Position numbers and translations under genes: made by a program. Of a stretch of DNA of 64,000 nt, positions 37,237 to 47,742 are shown piece by piece. The notes under the pieces are model-generated. The model was given only the letters and a program-made list of their open reading frames with translations. It made no database searches and had not been told where the DNA came from. Origin of the DNA: Syntrophomonas sp. (lineage in GTDB: Bacteria; Bacillota; Syntrophomonadia; Syntrophomonadales; Syntrophomonadaceae); assembly GCA_035447945.1 (NCBI GenBank), contig DAOTHZ010000001.1:1362-65361 (forward strand), given 5' to 3'. The stretch's first letter is position 1. Each line of letters starts with the position of its first letter.

Positions 37237-38217
37237 ATGCAGGACGGATATGGAAGAGAAATCAATTATTTGCGTATTTCCGTTACAGATCGCTGCAATC
37301 TGCGCTGTCAGTATTGCATGCCGGAAACCGGGATCAACCATGTTGGACATGAGGACATTCTTTCGTTAGAAGAAATTTCCAGGATCGTCAGGGTGGCTGC
37401 TTCCATCGGCATCCGCAAGGTCAGGTTGACTGGAGGAGAGCCATTGGTTCGCAGAAACCTCAGCCAACTGGTTCACTATATTCATGAGATCAAAGAGATT
37501 GATGACATTGCGCTTACTACCAATGGCGTTTTGTTTGCCGCCCTGGGGGACGAGCTGAAAACAGCCGGCTTGAATCGAATTAACTTTAGTTTGGATTCTT
37601 TGGTGGCCGAAAAGTTTCGGTTTATAACCCGGTCAGGGAATCTGCCGATTGTTCTTCAAGGCATTGAAAAGGCTCTGGACTTGGGATTACATCCCATAAA
37701 AATTAATACCGTACTCATTAAAGGTTTCAATGATGATGAAATTATGGATTTTGTAGCGCTGGCGTTAAAATATCCCCTGCATGTCAGATTCATTGAGTTT
37801 ATGCCCATCGGCGACCTGTTGTTTTGGCGTCCGGATCGACTTATGACCAGTCATGAAATCAGACAGCGGATAGAGAAAGAGTATGTTTTGGAAGAAACCT
37901 ACAAAGTTCCTGGTAGTGGGCCGGCCAGCTACTATAAAATACAAGGCGGATTGGGTTCGATAGGGTTTATTTCTCCCATGAGCAACCATTTTTGTGCGCG
38001 CTGCAATCGTCTCAGAATGACGGCTGATGGAAAGCTGCGGGCGTGTTTGTATGAACAGGGGGAAACCGATTTGCGCGATGCCCTCAAACGTAGTTCAGAC
38101 GATGAAGAACTCAGACAATTATTTCTGGCGACACTCCGCTCCAAACCCCAGCGGCACCATATGCAGAGCGGTTGGGGGGATGACAATCGCCGCAAGATGT
38201 ATCAGATTGGAGGATAA
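37237..38217 (+). CDS. moaA: GTP 3',8-cyclase (radical SAM)
   Basis: [10 protein letters not shown] radical-SAM cluster motif, C-terminal CxxCxRLRxTADG cluster motif and a GG tail. Confidence 0.9.
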   Translation: MQDGYGREINYLRISVTDRCNLRCQYCMPETGINHVGHEDILSLEEISRIVRVAASIGIRKVRLTGGEPLVRRNLSQLVHYIHEIKEIDDIALTTNGVLFAALGDELKTAGLNRINFSLDSLVAEKFRFITRSGNLPIVLQGIEKALDLGLHPIKINTVLIKGFNDDEIMDFVALALKYPLHVRFIEFMPIGDLLFWRPDRLMTSHEIRQRIEKEYVLEETYKVPGSGPASYYKIQGGLGSIGFISPMSNHFCARCNRLRMTADGKLRACLYEQGETDLRDALKRSSDDEELRQLFLATLRSKPQRHHMQSGWGDDNRRKMYQIGG

Positions 38218-38221
38218 TCGG

Positions 38222-38704
38222 ATGGGCTTAAGCCATATTAATGAAAAAGGGTATGCCCGCATGGTTGATGTCAGTGACAAGCAGGATACGGTCCGCGTGG
38301 CACGGGCGCAGGCGATTGTATGTATGCAACCGGAAACCTTGGCCATGATCCGGGAGGGGACCATTAAAAAAGGTGACGTTCTGTCAGTTGCTCAAGTCGC
38401 AGGAATTATGGGGGCCAAGCAGACTGCACAGATCATCCCCATGTGTCATCCTATTTTTCTAAGCGGGGTTGATCTTGATTTTTGCATGGATGAAGTCCGG
38501 TGCAGCATAATCATTACTTCGCAGGCGAAAACAACAGGGAAAACCGGGGTGGAAATGGAAGCCCTCACAGCTGTTACCGTGGCAGCCTTGACGATTTATG
38601 ACATGTGCAAAGCATTGGATCGCTGGATGGAAATCAACGACATCAGGTTGCTGGAAAAATCGGGCGGTAAAAGCGGACACTTGATCAATAGCAAAGCTGA
38701 ATAA
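38222..38704 (+). CDS. moaC: Cyclic pyranopterin monophosphate synthase
   Basis: MVDVSDK, IIPMCHP and [11 protein letters not shown] motifs. The ATG at 38222 lies 4 nt after the moaA stop. The longer ORF starting at 38027 overlaps moaA. Confidence 0.9.
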   Translation: MGLSHINEKGYARMVDVSDKQDTVRVARAQAIVCMQPETLAMIREGTIKKGDVLSVAQVAGIMGAKQTAQIIPMCHPIFLSGVDLDFCMDEVRCSIIITSQAKTTGKTGVEMEALTAVTVAALTIYDMCKALDRWMEINDIRLLEKSGGKSGHLINSKAE

Positions 38705-38727
38705 GTCTTGGGTGAGGGGGAAGAGCA

Positions 38728-39174
38728 TTGATACAGGGTCGTTTATATTCGATTTGTATCTCGTCTGAGCGCGGTCAGTTGAAGAATGAAGTTGACGAAG
38801 CACAGCTGGTTCAAGGTTATGGCATCGAAAATGACAGTCATGCCGGTGACTGGGGCCGCCAGGTAACCTGCCTGGCAAAGGAAAGCGTTGAGAAAGTAAA
38901 CCAGGAAAAAAATCTGCAAATCGGTCCGGGTCAGTTTGCCGAAAATTTATTAATCGAAGGTTTGGATTTTCCCTCGGTGGGGGTGGGCGGAAAGCTCAAA
39001 ATCGGGGCGGAGGCCATACTGGAAGTCAGCCAGATCGGCAAAGAGGATCATCCTAGCATCGTGACCGAAACTTTTGGAGTTTCGCTGCTGCCATACGAAG
39101 GTTTGTTTTGCCGGGTGATTCAAGGCGGTCCTATAAAAAAAGGCGATGAGGTTGAGGTGCTGCAAAATGTATAA
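38728..39174 (+). CDS. MOSC domain protein
   Basis: About 148 aa. GIENDSHAG, ENLLIEGLD and QIGKEDH are typical of small MOSC proteins. TTG start. Confidence 0.75.
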   Translation: MIQGRLYSICISSERGQLKNEVDEAQLVQGYGIENDSHAGDWGRQVTCLAKESVEKVNQEKNLQIGPGQFAENLLIEGLDFPSVGVGGKLKIGAEAILEVSQIGKEDHPSIVTETFGVSLLPYEGLFCRVIQGGPIKKGDEVEVLQNV

Positions 39175-39658
39175 TTGCGGGATACTGGTTTTGAGTGACA
39201 AAGGGTCACAAGGAGAACGGGAAGACCTGAGCGGCATGGAGATCAAGAAAACAATGTCGGGAAAGGATTACGTTTTTACCTATTATGAGATCATTCCGGA
39301 TGACGAAGAAATGATCAGGGAAAAACTGATCCTGGCCTGCGATGATTTAAAGCTTGATTTGCTGCTTACTTCGGGTGGTACAGGTTTTTCCAAACGGGAT
39401 GTGACCCCCGAGGCTACCTTGAGCGTGATTGAAAAACGAGTCCCCGGAATCCCTGAAGCCATTCGTTATCATGGTCTGCAAAATACCCCCAAGGCTATGC
39501 TGTCACGTGCAGTGGCAGGTATCAGAGGCAATACCCTGATTATTAATCTGCCGGGCAGTGTGAAAGGCGTACGCGAATCTCTGGAAGCAATTCTGCCTGC
39601 CTTGGATCATGGGTTGGATATTTTGATCGGATCGGCGGCAGAATGCGGACAGGGCTAA
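39167..39658 (+). CDS. moaB: MogA/MoaB family molybdenum cofactor biosynthesis protein
   Basis: GILVLSDKGS..., LLLTSGGTGFSKRDVTPEA and NLPGSVKG motifs. The start overlaps the MOSC stop. Confidence 0.85.
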   Translation: MYNCGILVLSDKGSQGEREDLSGMEIKKTMSGKDYVFTYYEIIPDDEEMIREKLILACDDLKLDLLLTSGGTGFSKRDVTPEATLSVIEKRVPGIPEAIRYHGLQNTPKAMLSRAVAGIRGNTLIINLPGSVKGVRESLEAILPALDHGLDILIGSAAECGQG

Positions 39659-39757
39659 CGGCAAAAAACGCTGCGGCGGATGAATAAAAAGCCCGCGGCG
39701 GATACATACTAATGTTGATATCAGGTAGGTTTGATTGAGTTTTTTACATTTGTGTAC

Positions 39758-39786
39758 TTGACATATCCTGCCTATTATTATTAAAT
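39758..39786 (+). promoter_or_regulatory. Candidate sigma-A promoter of groESL
   Basis: TTGACA (39758-39763), 17-nt spacer, then TTAAAT, directly upstream of CIRCE. Confidence 0.5.
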
Positions 39787-39790
39787 AATA

Positions 39791-39817
39791 TTAGCACTCG
39801 CAATTAACGAGTGCTAA
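39791..39817. promoter_or_regulatory. CIRCE operator (HrcA binding site)
   Basis: TTAGCACTC-N9-GAGTGCTAA, a perfect match to the CIRCE consensus, 28 bp upstream of groES. Confidence 0.95.
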
Positions 39818-39844
39818 CAACAAATTTATGAGGAGGTATACCCC

Positions 39845-40138
39845 GTGAAGATTCAACCATTGGGAGATCGCGTGGTCGTCAAAGTTGCTGAAGTAAAAGA
39901 AGAAAAAACCAAAAGTGGGCTGTATGTGCCTGACACAGCAAAAGAAAAGCCCCAGGAAGCGGAAGTAATGGCTGTAGGTCCCGGCGCATTGAATGATAAG
40001 GGCGAAAGAGTATCAATTGATCTTGCCGTGGGCGACAAAATCATCTTCTCCAAATACGGCGGCATGGAAATCAAAGTGGATGGAGAAGACTATCTTATTC
40101 TTTCCGCGGAAAGAGACGTACTGGCAAAATTGGTGTAA
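39845..40138 (+). CDS. groES: Co-chaperonin GroES
   Basis: [12 protein letters not shown]..., GTG start after AGGAGG. Confidence 0.95.
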   Translation: MKIQPLGDRVVVKVAEVKEEKTKSGLYVPDTAKEKPQEAEVMAVGPGALNDKGERVSIDLAVGDKIIFSKYGGMEIKVDGEDYLILSAERDVLAKLV

Positions 40139-40174
40139 TTACGTTTTAAATATGAAACTAAGGAGGCTACATAA

Positions 40175-41812
<1,638 letters not shown>

Positions 41813-41874
41813 GATAACGCCCAGTTGCTTAACATTTAGAACGCAAAGTTACTGTTTGCTTAAACACAAAACCA

Positions 41875-41911
41875 AAGACCTCCCGATTGCTTCTGCAACC
41901 GGGAGGTCTTT
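41875..41911 (+). terminator. Rho-independent terminator after groEL
   Basis: 12-bp stem aaagacctcccg/cgggaggtcttt. Confidence 0.7.
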
Positions 41912-41926
41912 GCATTACAGCAGATT

Positions 41927-41961
41927 TAAAAAAGCCAGGAGCATTGACTCCTGGCTTTTTT
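41927..41961. terminator. Bidirectional terminator (groEL / glnA convergent)
   Basis: aaaaaagccagga-N8-tcctggctttttt. Confidence 0.75.
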
Positions 41962-41966
41962 AAAAA

Positions 41967-43406
41967 CTATAAATCGTAGTACAATTCAAATTCCATAGGA
42001 TGAGGAATTTCATTTACTTTGCGGGCTTCTTTGCGTTTGTTCTCGATCCAGATATCGATCAAACGTTGGGGAAAAACATCTCCTGCCAGCAGGAAGTCAT
42101 GATCTTTTTCCAATGCATCCAGTGCTTCGTCCAATGATTTGGGCAACGATTTGATCTTGGCCTGTTCTTCCTTGGGCAGATTGTACAGGTTGACATCGTA
42201 GGGGCCAAAACCTTCGGCAGTCGGGTCGATTTTTTCCTTGATTCCGTCCAGCCCTGCCATCAGGATGGCGGAAAATGCCAGATAGGGGTTGCAGGTCGCG
42301 TCCGAGGAACGGAATTCAAAGCGTTTTTGATAAGGACTCTTGGCATAGGCCGGGACCCTGATGACCGCACTGCGATTGGCCGTCGCAAAACAAAGATTTA
42401 CCGGAGCTTCATAGCCGGGAACAAGTCTTTTGTAAGAATTGGTGCTGGGATTGGTAAATGCCAATACCGCCGGGGCATGTTTTAAGAGTCCGCCGATAAA
42501 GTACAGCGCGGTCTTGCTTAATTGGGAATAGCCGTTGGCATCATAGAATAATGGTTCACCGTCTTTAAAAAGATGCATGTGTACATGCATACCGTTGCCC
42601 GCTTCCGCGAAGAGAGGTTTGGGCATAAAGGTGACGGTTTTGCCTTCCTGGAAGGCCAGGTTTTTGATCAGGTATTTGGCCAGCATGGTCTTGTCAGCCA
42701 TTTCCCGCATGCCGGCAAATTCAACCTCGATTTCAATCTGTCCGGGACCGCCCACTTCATGATGGTGATATTTGACCGGGATATTGTTTTCTTCCATCAG
42801 AACACACATGCGTGACCTTAAATCATAAAGGATATCCTGAGGAGGAGCAATGTGATAACCACCTTTGTGAGGTATTTTGTAACCCTGATTCTGGAATTCA
42901 TTGTCACCGCTGTTCCAGATGGCTTGCTCAGCATCAATGGTAAAACCGGTATGGTTGGGACTGCATTCATAGCTTACGTGATCAAAAACATGAAATTCAT
43001 ATTCCGGTCCGATTCGCATTTCATCAGCGATACCGGTTGATTTCATATATTCTTCAGCTTTGAAAGCAATCGAACGGGGATCCTGGTCAAAGCGACGATT
43101 TTCCGGTTGGGTAATAATAAAAACATCGCCGATCATGCTGAGGGTAGGAACATCGGTGAAAGGCTCATGGACAGCTGTGCTCACATCAGGGATAAATACC
43201 ATATCACTGTTTTCTACTGGTGCAAACCCATAATTGGAACCATCAAAGCCAATGCCGTAAACTAGTGTATCAGGTTTGAACCGGGCCGTCGGAATACTCA
43301 GATGACGCCATCTACCCATGAGGTCGATCATCTTAAAATCGATCATCTGAATAGAATTTTCTGCGCAGTACTCCATTACTTCGTTGTAACTGGTAAACAC
43401 ACGCAT
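41967..43406 (-). CDS. glnA: Glutamine synthetase (type I family, long form)
   Basis: GS beta-grasp and catalytic motifs (FDGSN, KPLFAEAGNGMHVHMHL, NSYKRLVPGYEAP, RFEFRSSDA). Confidence 0.85.
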   Translation of the reverse strand: MRVFTSYNEVMEYCAENSIQMIDFKMIDLMGRWRHLSIPTARFKPDTLVYGIGFDGSNYGFAPVENSDMVFIPDVSTAVHEPFTDVPTLSMIGDVFIITQPENRRFDQDPRSIAFKAEEYMKSTGIADEMRIGPEYEFHVFDHVSYECSPNHTGFTIDAEQAIWNSGDNEFQNQGYKIPHKGGYHIAPPQDILYDLRSRMCVLMEENNIPVKYHHHEVGGPGQIEIEVEFAGMREMADKTMLAKYLIKNLAFQEGKTVTFMPKPLFAEAGNGMHVHMHLFKDGEPLFYDANGYSQLSKTALYFIGGLLKHAPAVLAFTNPSTNSYKRLVPGYEAPVNLCFATANRSAVIRVPAYAKSPYQKRFEFRSSDATCNPYLAFSAILMAGLDGIKEKIDPTAEGFGPYDVNLYNLPKEEQAKIKSLPKSLDEALDALEKDHDFLLAGDVFPQRLIDIWIENKRKEARKVNEIPHPMEFELYYDL

Positions 43407-43634
43407 TGCCTCCTTAATTATTTAATTACGGTGCAAATTATATCAGAAGCCGGGATACATAGTAAAGAATATAATATACGGAATATTGTATACTTCATGT
43501 TTTTGGAATAATCTTCTGTTTTTCTCAAGTTATATAATGGATTGCACTTTAATAAAAATGTAATAACTTTTTCATGAAGGAAAACAGATTTGACCAATAC
43601 ATTTGGTAAGTTGCATTGGTGATGTGGGGGGAGA

Positions 43635-44348
43635 GTGAGGAGGATTAAAAAAACCTATTGGTTGTCGGGGATTGCTGTTATATTGCTGCTTGCTCTGGTT
43701 GCCAGTGCCGGCCAGATTATGGATTATTACGAAAAATCAAAACTGCAACCCGATGTTGAGCTTCAGTCGGCTTTAAAAAAAATGCCGCAGCTTAACAGTT
43801 TCCGATACAGACTGCAGTCTGGATTCACGGTTGATAACCGGGAGGAGGTGATAAGCAGGGTCGAAGGCGAGACAACAGATGGCAATACGCATATAAAGGG
43901 GGAGATGGTCAACACACCCATTGATATCTATTATATTGACCGCACCATTTACAACTGGGATTCCTTTTCCCAAAAGTGGCTGGTCATTGAAAGCGGCACC
44001 AGCAACTCCGGGGAATTACTAATATCAGAGCTGAATCCCTTGTCCAATTTTCAATATAAAAACGTGCAGGACATAAAAAAAATTGGATTTACCAAAGTAG
44101 ATGGTGAGGAATGTCTGGTAGTGGGATGCAAACCGTCGTTACAAAATCAACTGCTGGAAAGTTTGTGGAAAAATTTCGAATACCGGTTATGGATCGATTT
44201 CCATAATCGGGTAATCAAAAAGGCAGTGCTGACAGCGGTGAACCAACGCAATGAACAAACCCGCCTCAAAATTGAAGCTGAGTTTTTTGATATCAACAAA
44301 AAAATTACGATCAAACCACCGGAACGTACTGCCCGGGATAAAAAATAA
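43635..44348 (+). CDS. Membrane-anchored/secreted hypothetical protein (possibly LolA-like fold)
   Basis: N-terminal hydrophobic anchor, no catalytic motif recognised. GTG start. Confidence 0.5.
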   Translation: MRRIKKTYWLSGIAVILLLALVASAGQIMDYYEKSKLQPDVELQSALKKMPQLNSFRYRLQSGFTVDNREEVISRVEGETTDGNTHIKGEMVNTPIDIYYIDRTIYNWDSFSQKWLVIESGTSNSGELLISELNPLSNFQYKNVQDIKKIGFTKVDGEECLVVGCKPSLQNQLLESLWKNFEYRLWIDFHNRVIKKAVLTAVNQRNEQTRLKIEAEFFDINKKITIKPPERTARDKK

Positions 44349-44372
44349 AATAGAAATGAGCTAAAAAGACCG

Positions 44373-44410
44373 CCCCGCTGTCTGAAAAAACAGGCAGCGG
44401 GGTTTATCAT
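44373..44410 (+). terminator. Rho-independent terminator
   Basis: 12-bp stem ccccgctgtctg/caggcagcgggg followed by tttatcatt. Confidence 0.75.
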
Positions 44411-44568
44411 TGCGCGTATCTGTTTTGCACCCGATGGTCAGGTGAGAATGGAGTATAAACCTTACGTAGTTGTGGAAAATTACCTATTGATGTGCGATTT
44501 TGATATTGCCGGTTGGCAGGAAACAACGTAAAGTGATTACAAGGTTTGACAATGCGAGGAGGTAAAAC

Positions 44569-46692
44569 ATGATATTTGCATTTGAACCCCTGGAGGGCGG
44601 TTATTCTATACCGATGCGGGTGGTTGGAGCCAATATCCCCTATGAATGGCTGATTTATATTTTGATGTTTATCCCGATTGGCTTTTTCATTTATGGCTTT
44701 TATCAGCGGATCAAAGTATGGAAACTGGCTCAAGGTGAGGAACATCGCAATGACCAGCTGGGCAGACGCTTTTTTTCCTGGTTGGTCAACAGCATGGGGC
44801 AACTGCAGCTGGTGAGAAAACCGCTGGCGGGCTGGATGCACTTCATGCTCTTCTGGGGCTTTATGTTTCTTTTGCTTGCCACCGCCACATTTGCTTCCTG
44901 GTCAAAGATTGGTTTTCCCGACATGACTGGTTTTTTATATACATTGATTTCGTGGCTGGCTGATGTCGGCGGTTTCTTTGCTCTGTTGGGGATTATCGTG
45001 TTGTTTGGGATCAGATATTGGCGCAAACCGGACCGTCTCAATGATACCCGATCCTCGGACGGCTGGATGCTGCTGCTGATTTTTCTGATCCTGCTGGGCG
45101 GATATGTTCTGGAAGGCATGTGGCTGGCAGCGCAAATGCAGCTATCCACCACCATCGCCCAGTTGGATTACGAACGCGTGGCTTCTCCGGTTGGCTGGAT
45201 GTTTGCGGGTTTATTTCAAGGAATGACCTTGGACAATGTGCTGCTTTGGCATCGAATCAATTGGTGGTTGCATATGGTGCTGGCCTTTCTGTTTATTGGT
45301 CTGGTTCCGTATACCAAACTCTGGCACATTTTTACCGGGATGATCGGTTATTTTAGCCGCGACTTTAAACCCAGTGCCAATCGCATGGTCTATCATCTTG
45401 AAGAGGCTGAACACTTCGGGGTGGAAAACATAGAGGAATTTACCTGGAAAGACTTGTTGGATCTGGACGCCTGTATCCGCTGTGGTCGTTGCCAGGAAAA
45501 TTGTCCAGCTTATTATACCGGCAAAACCCTTAATCCTAAAATTACCCTTATTCAGGCCATGAAAAAACATCTTGACGACAAAGTGCCGCAATTAATGCTT
45601 AAAGAGCCGGTTCACGATGAGTTGGCCATGACTTCGGCAGCAGAAGCAAAAGTCGTCGATGCGGCCGAGGCCAGTCTGATTTATGATGTGGTCACGCCGG
45701 AGGTTCTATGGGCTTGCACCAATTGCCGGGCCTGTATGGAGCACTGTCCGATGTTTATTGAACATTTAAACAAGATTACAGACATGCGCCGCAATCTGGT
45801 CATGTGGCAGGGAGACATGCCGGGAGAGGCCCAGAGCGCTTTTACCAATATGGAGAGAAACTACAATCCCTGGGGGGTAGGCTGGGCTTCGCGGGCTGAC
45901 TGGATGGGGGAACGTGGAGTGCGGGACAAAATCAATCTCTTGCCGGAAGACGGCCGTGATTTTGAATATCTGCTTTTTGCCGGTTGTGCCGTGGCTTTCG
46001 ATGATCGTTACAAACGCGTAGGCGAAGCGCTGGTCAAACTGCTGGACAAGGCCGGCGTAAGCTTTGGCTATTTGGGAACGGAGGAGTGGTGCTGCGGTGA
46101 TTCAGCCCGCCGTTTGGGCAATGAGTATTTATATCAGTCCCTGGCAGCCCACAATATTGAAACCTTCAACCAATATGGGGTGAAGAAAATTATCTGCATT
46201 TGTCCGCATGGCTACAATTGTTTAAAAAATGAGTATCCGCAGATGGACGGGGTCTATGAAGTCTATCATGCGACAGAATTCCTGGCCGGGCTGATTGTTG
46301 CCGGCAAGCTCAAGCCGCAGCGCATGAACAATATACGAATGAGTTATCACGATTCCTGTTTTCTGGGCAGACACAACGGGATTTACGATGAGCCGCGCAA
46401 GATTTTGCAGGCGGTGGGGGCAAATGTACAGGAAATCGATAAATCACGTCGCTTTGGATTCTGCTGTGGGGCCGGAGGGGGACGCATGTGGCTGGAGGAA
46501 GAGGCTGTCGCTGGCTTCAAACGTATCAATCAAAGTCGTACCGAGCAACTCCTGCAGACGGCACCGCAGACCATTGCCAGCAACTGTCCGTTCTGTTTAA
46601 CCATGATCTCCGATGGGGTCAAGGAAGCCGGGCAGGAGGAACAGGTAAAGGTGCTGGATCTGTGCGAAATCCTCTGGAACAGTGTGGAATAA
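44569..46692 (+). CDS. Fusion of a NarI/DsrM/HdrE-like membrane (cytochrome b-type) domain with an HdrD/DsrK/GlpC-like Fe-S oxidoreductase (two 4Fe-4S motifs plus two CCG domains)
   Basis: Five or six N-terminal TM helices with conserved His (WMHFMLFWGF, WWLHMV). CIRCGRCQENCP and CTNCRACMEHCP ferredoxin motifs. CCG motifs EEWCCGDSA and FGFCCGAGGG. Confidence 0.75.
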   Translation: MIFAFEPLEGGYSIPMRVVGANIPYEWLIYILMFIPIGFFIYGFYQRIKVWKLAQGEEHRNDQLGRRFFSWLVNSMGQLQLVRKPLAGWMHFMLFWGFMFLLLATATFASWSKIGFPDMTGFLYTLISWLADVGGFFALLGIIVLFGIRYWRKPDRLNDTRSSDGWMLLLIFLILLGGYVLEGMWLAAQMQLSTTIAQLDYERVASPVGWMFAGLFQGMTLDNVLLWHRINWWLHMVLAFLFIGLVPYTKLWHIFTGMIGYFSRDFKPSANRMVYHLEEAEHFGVENIEEFTWKDLLDLDACIRCGRCQENCPAYYTGKTLNPKITLIQAMKKHLDDKVPQLMLKEPVHDELAMTSAAEAKVVDAAEASLIYDVVTPEVLWACTNCRACMEHCPMFIEHLNKITDMRRNLVMWQGDMPGEAQSAFTNMERNYNPWGVGWASRADWMGERGVRDKINLLPEDGRDFEYLLFAGCAVAFDDRYKRVGEALVKLLDKAGVSFGYLGTEEWCCGDSARRLGNEYLYQSLAAHNIETFNQYGVKKIICICPHGYNCLKNEYPQMDGVYEVYHATEFLAGLIVAGKLKPQRMNNIRMSYHDSCFLGRHNGIYDEPRKILQAVGANVQEIDKSRRFGFCCGAGGGRMWLEEEAVAGFKRINQSRTEQLLQTAPQTIASNCPFCLTMISDGVKEAGQEEQVKVLDLCEILWNSVE

Positions 46693-46695
46693 TCC

Positions 46696-47064
46696 TCATT
46701 TTTCTTCCACCAGTTCGATTCTCTCGCCGTTCGGGCCGTGCAAAAAGATAATTCTTTTATGGCTGGACAGCGTTTTAGGGGCAACGTTTTCAAACACTGC
46801 CCCTAATTTGCTTAACCGTTCAATTGTATCTGCCAGGTCATCGACATGAAAAGCCAAATGATTGATTACTCCTGGGGATGTGCATGACTGGGAGGGATTG
46901 GTATATTCCAGCAACTCAATCAACAAGCTGTCGCATTGCAGATTGACAGCTTTGATTTCATCGTTCTGCCAGCGACTGACAGGAATACAACCCAAAGCTT
47001 CGCTATAAAAGCGCTCTGATTGGTCGCAATCGCTGACAACGATGCCCAGATGATCGAGTTTCAT
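46696..47064 (-). CDS. VOC (glyoxalase/bleomycin resistance/methylmalonyl-CoA epimerase-like) family protein
   Basis: MKLDHLGIVVSD..., HLAFHVDD and GERIELVE are typical VOC metal-ligand strands. Confidence 0.75.
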   Translation of the reverse strand: MKLDHLGIVVSDCDQSERFYSEALGCIPVSRWQNDEIKAVNLQCDSLLIELLEYTNPSQSCTSPGVINHLAFHVDDLADTIERLSKLGAVFENVAPKTLSSHKRIIFLHGPNGERIELVEEK

Positions 47065-47093
47065 GATCTGCACACCTCCGGAATATCAGTGGT

Positions 47094-47552
47094 TTACCAG
47101 GCTTCCGGGAAAGCCATGTTGGTATAGATGTCTTCCAGTTGAACCTTGTGACCTTTTTCCATGTTGGCCAGATTCATGAACAATTTTTTCTGCGCCGCAT
47201 CAGCACTGCTGTTGGCCAGGTCCGTGTACATTTTCATGGCATCTTCTTCGTTTTTCATGGCCAGGGCGATTGCATCCACCGGTTTCATCTGCATTGAAAG
47301 TTTGGGTTTATCAACTGTTTCTGAAACTTTGTAGTCCGGAAGAGCTCCAAAGTTCAAGGGACGCACATTGCTATTGAGATAGGATGACAACAAATCCCGG
47401 TGACCTAATTCCTGTTCAGCCAACTCCTTGAATATCGATTTGATATTCGGATCTTCAACTTTTTGAGATACCCCGAGATAAAACTCATAGGCTTCGACTT
47501 CATTTTCAATGGCCATGGAAAGTATGCTTATATAATCTTTTGAATTCCCCAT
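47094..47552 (-). CDS. Rubrerythrin/ferritin-like diiron domain protein (no rubredoxin domain)
   Basis: Two ExxH-type helices (ENEVEAYEFY...EQELGH; EEDAMKMY...EKGH). The ATG at 47552 follows AGGAGGAG. Confidence 0.7.
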   Translation of the reverse strand: MGNSKDYISILSMAIENEVEAYEFYLGVSQKVEDPNIKSIFKELAEQELGHRDLLSSYLNSNVRPLNFGALPDYKVSETVDKPKLSMQMKPVDAIALAMKNEEDAMKMYTDLANSSADAAQKKLFMNLANMEKGHKVQLEDIYTNMAFPEAW

Positions 47553-47742
47553 TTGTTTTCCGCTCCTCCTTGCTAAAATTTTCTTTAAGTTTAAAGCATT
47601 CAAACGTTTTTGGCAATCAATGCATTATTATAAAATCGTATCCAAATAGTATTGGTATTATGCAAGGTTATGTTTTTTCTTGCGGTTAGTGGTTAGAATA
47701 TGGTTGTAGGAGTTAACAAATCGTTGAACAGGAGGAATAAAT

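Noticed and set aside
38027-38221. 65-codon N-terminal extension of moaC, and likewise 18383-18544 for nnr
   Set aside because: The extensions overlap the 3' ends of moaA and acpS in another frame. The internal ATGs give canonical N-termini and lie 4-5 nt after the upstream stops.
39673-39702. Direct repeat GCGGCGGAT x2 after moaB
   Set aside because: It is short, occurs only twice, has no dyad symmetry or T-tract, and is compatible with chance.
47624-47633. ATTATTATAA upstream of the rubrerythrin-like gene as a PerR box
   Set aside because: Only one half-site (ATTATAA) matches. The other half is unrelated, so it is not distinguishable from AT-rich background.
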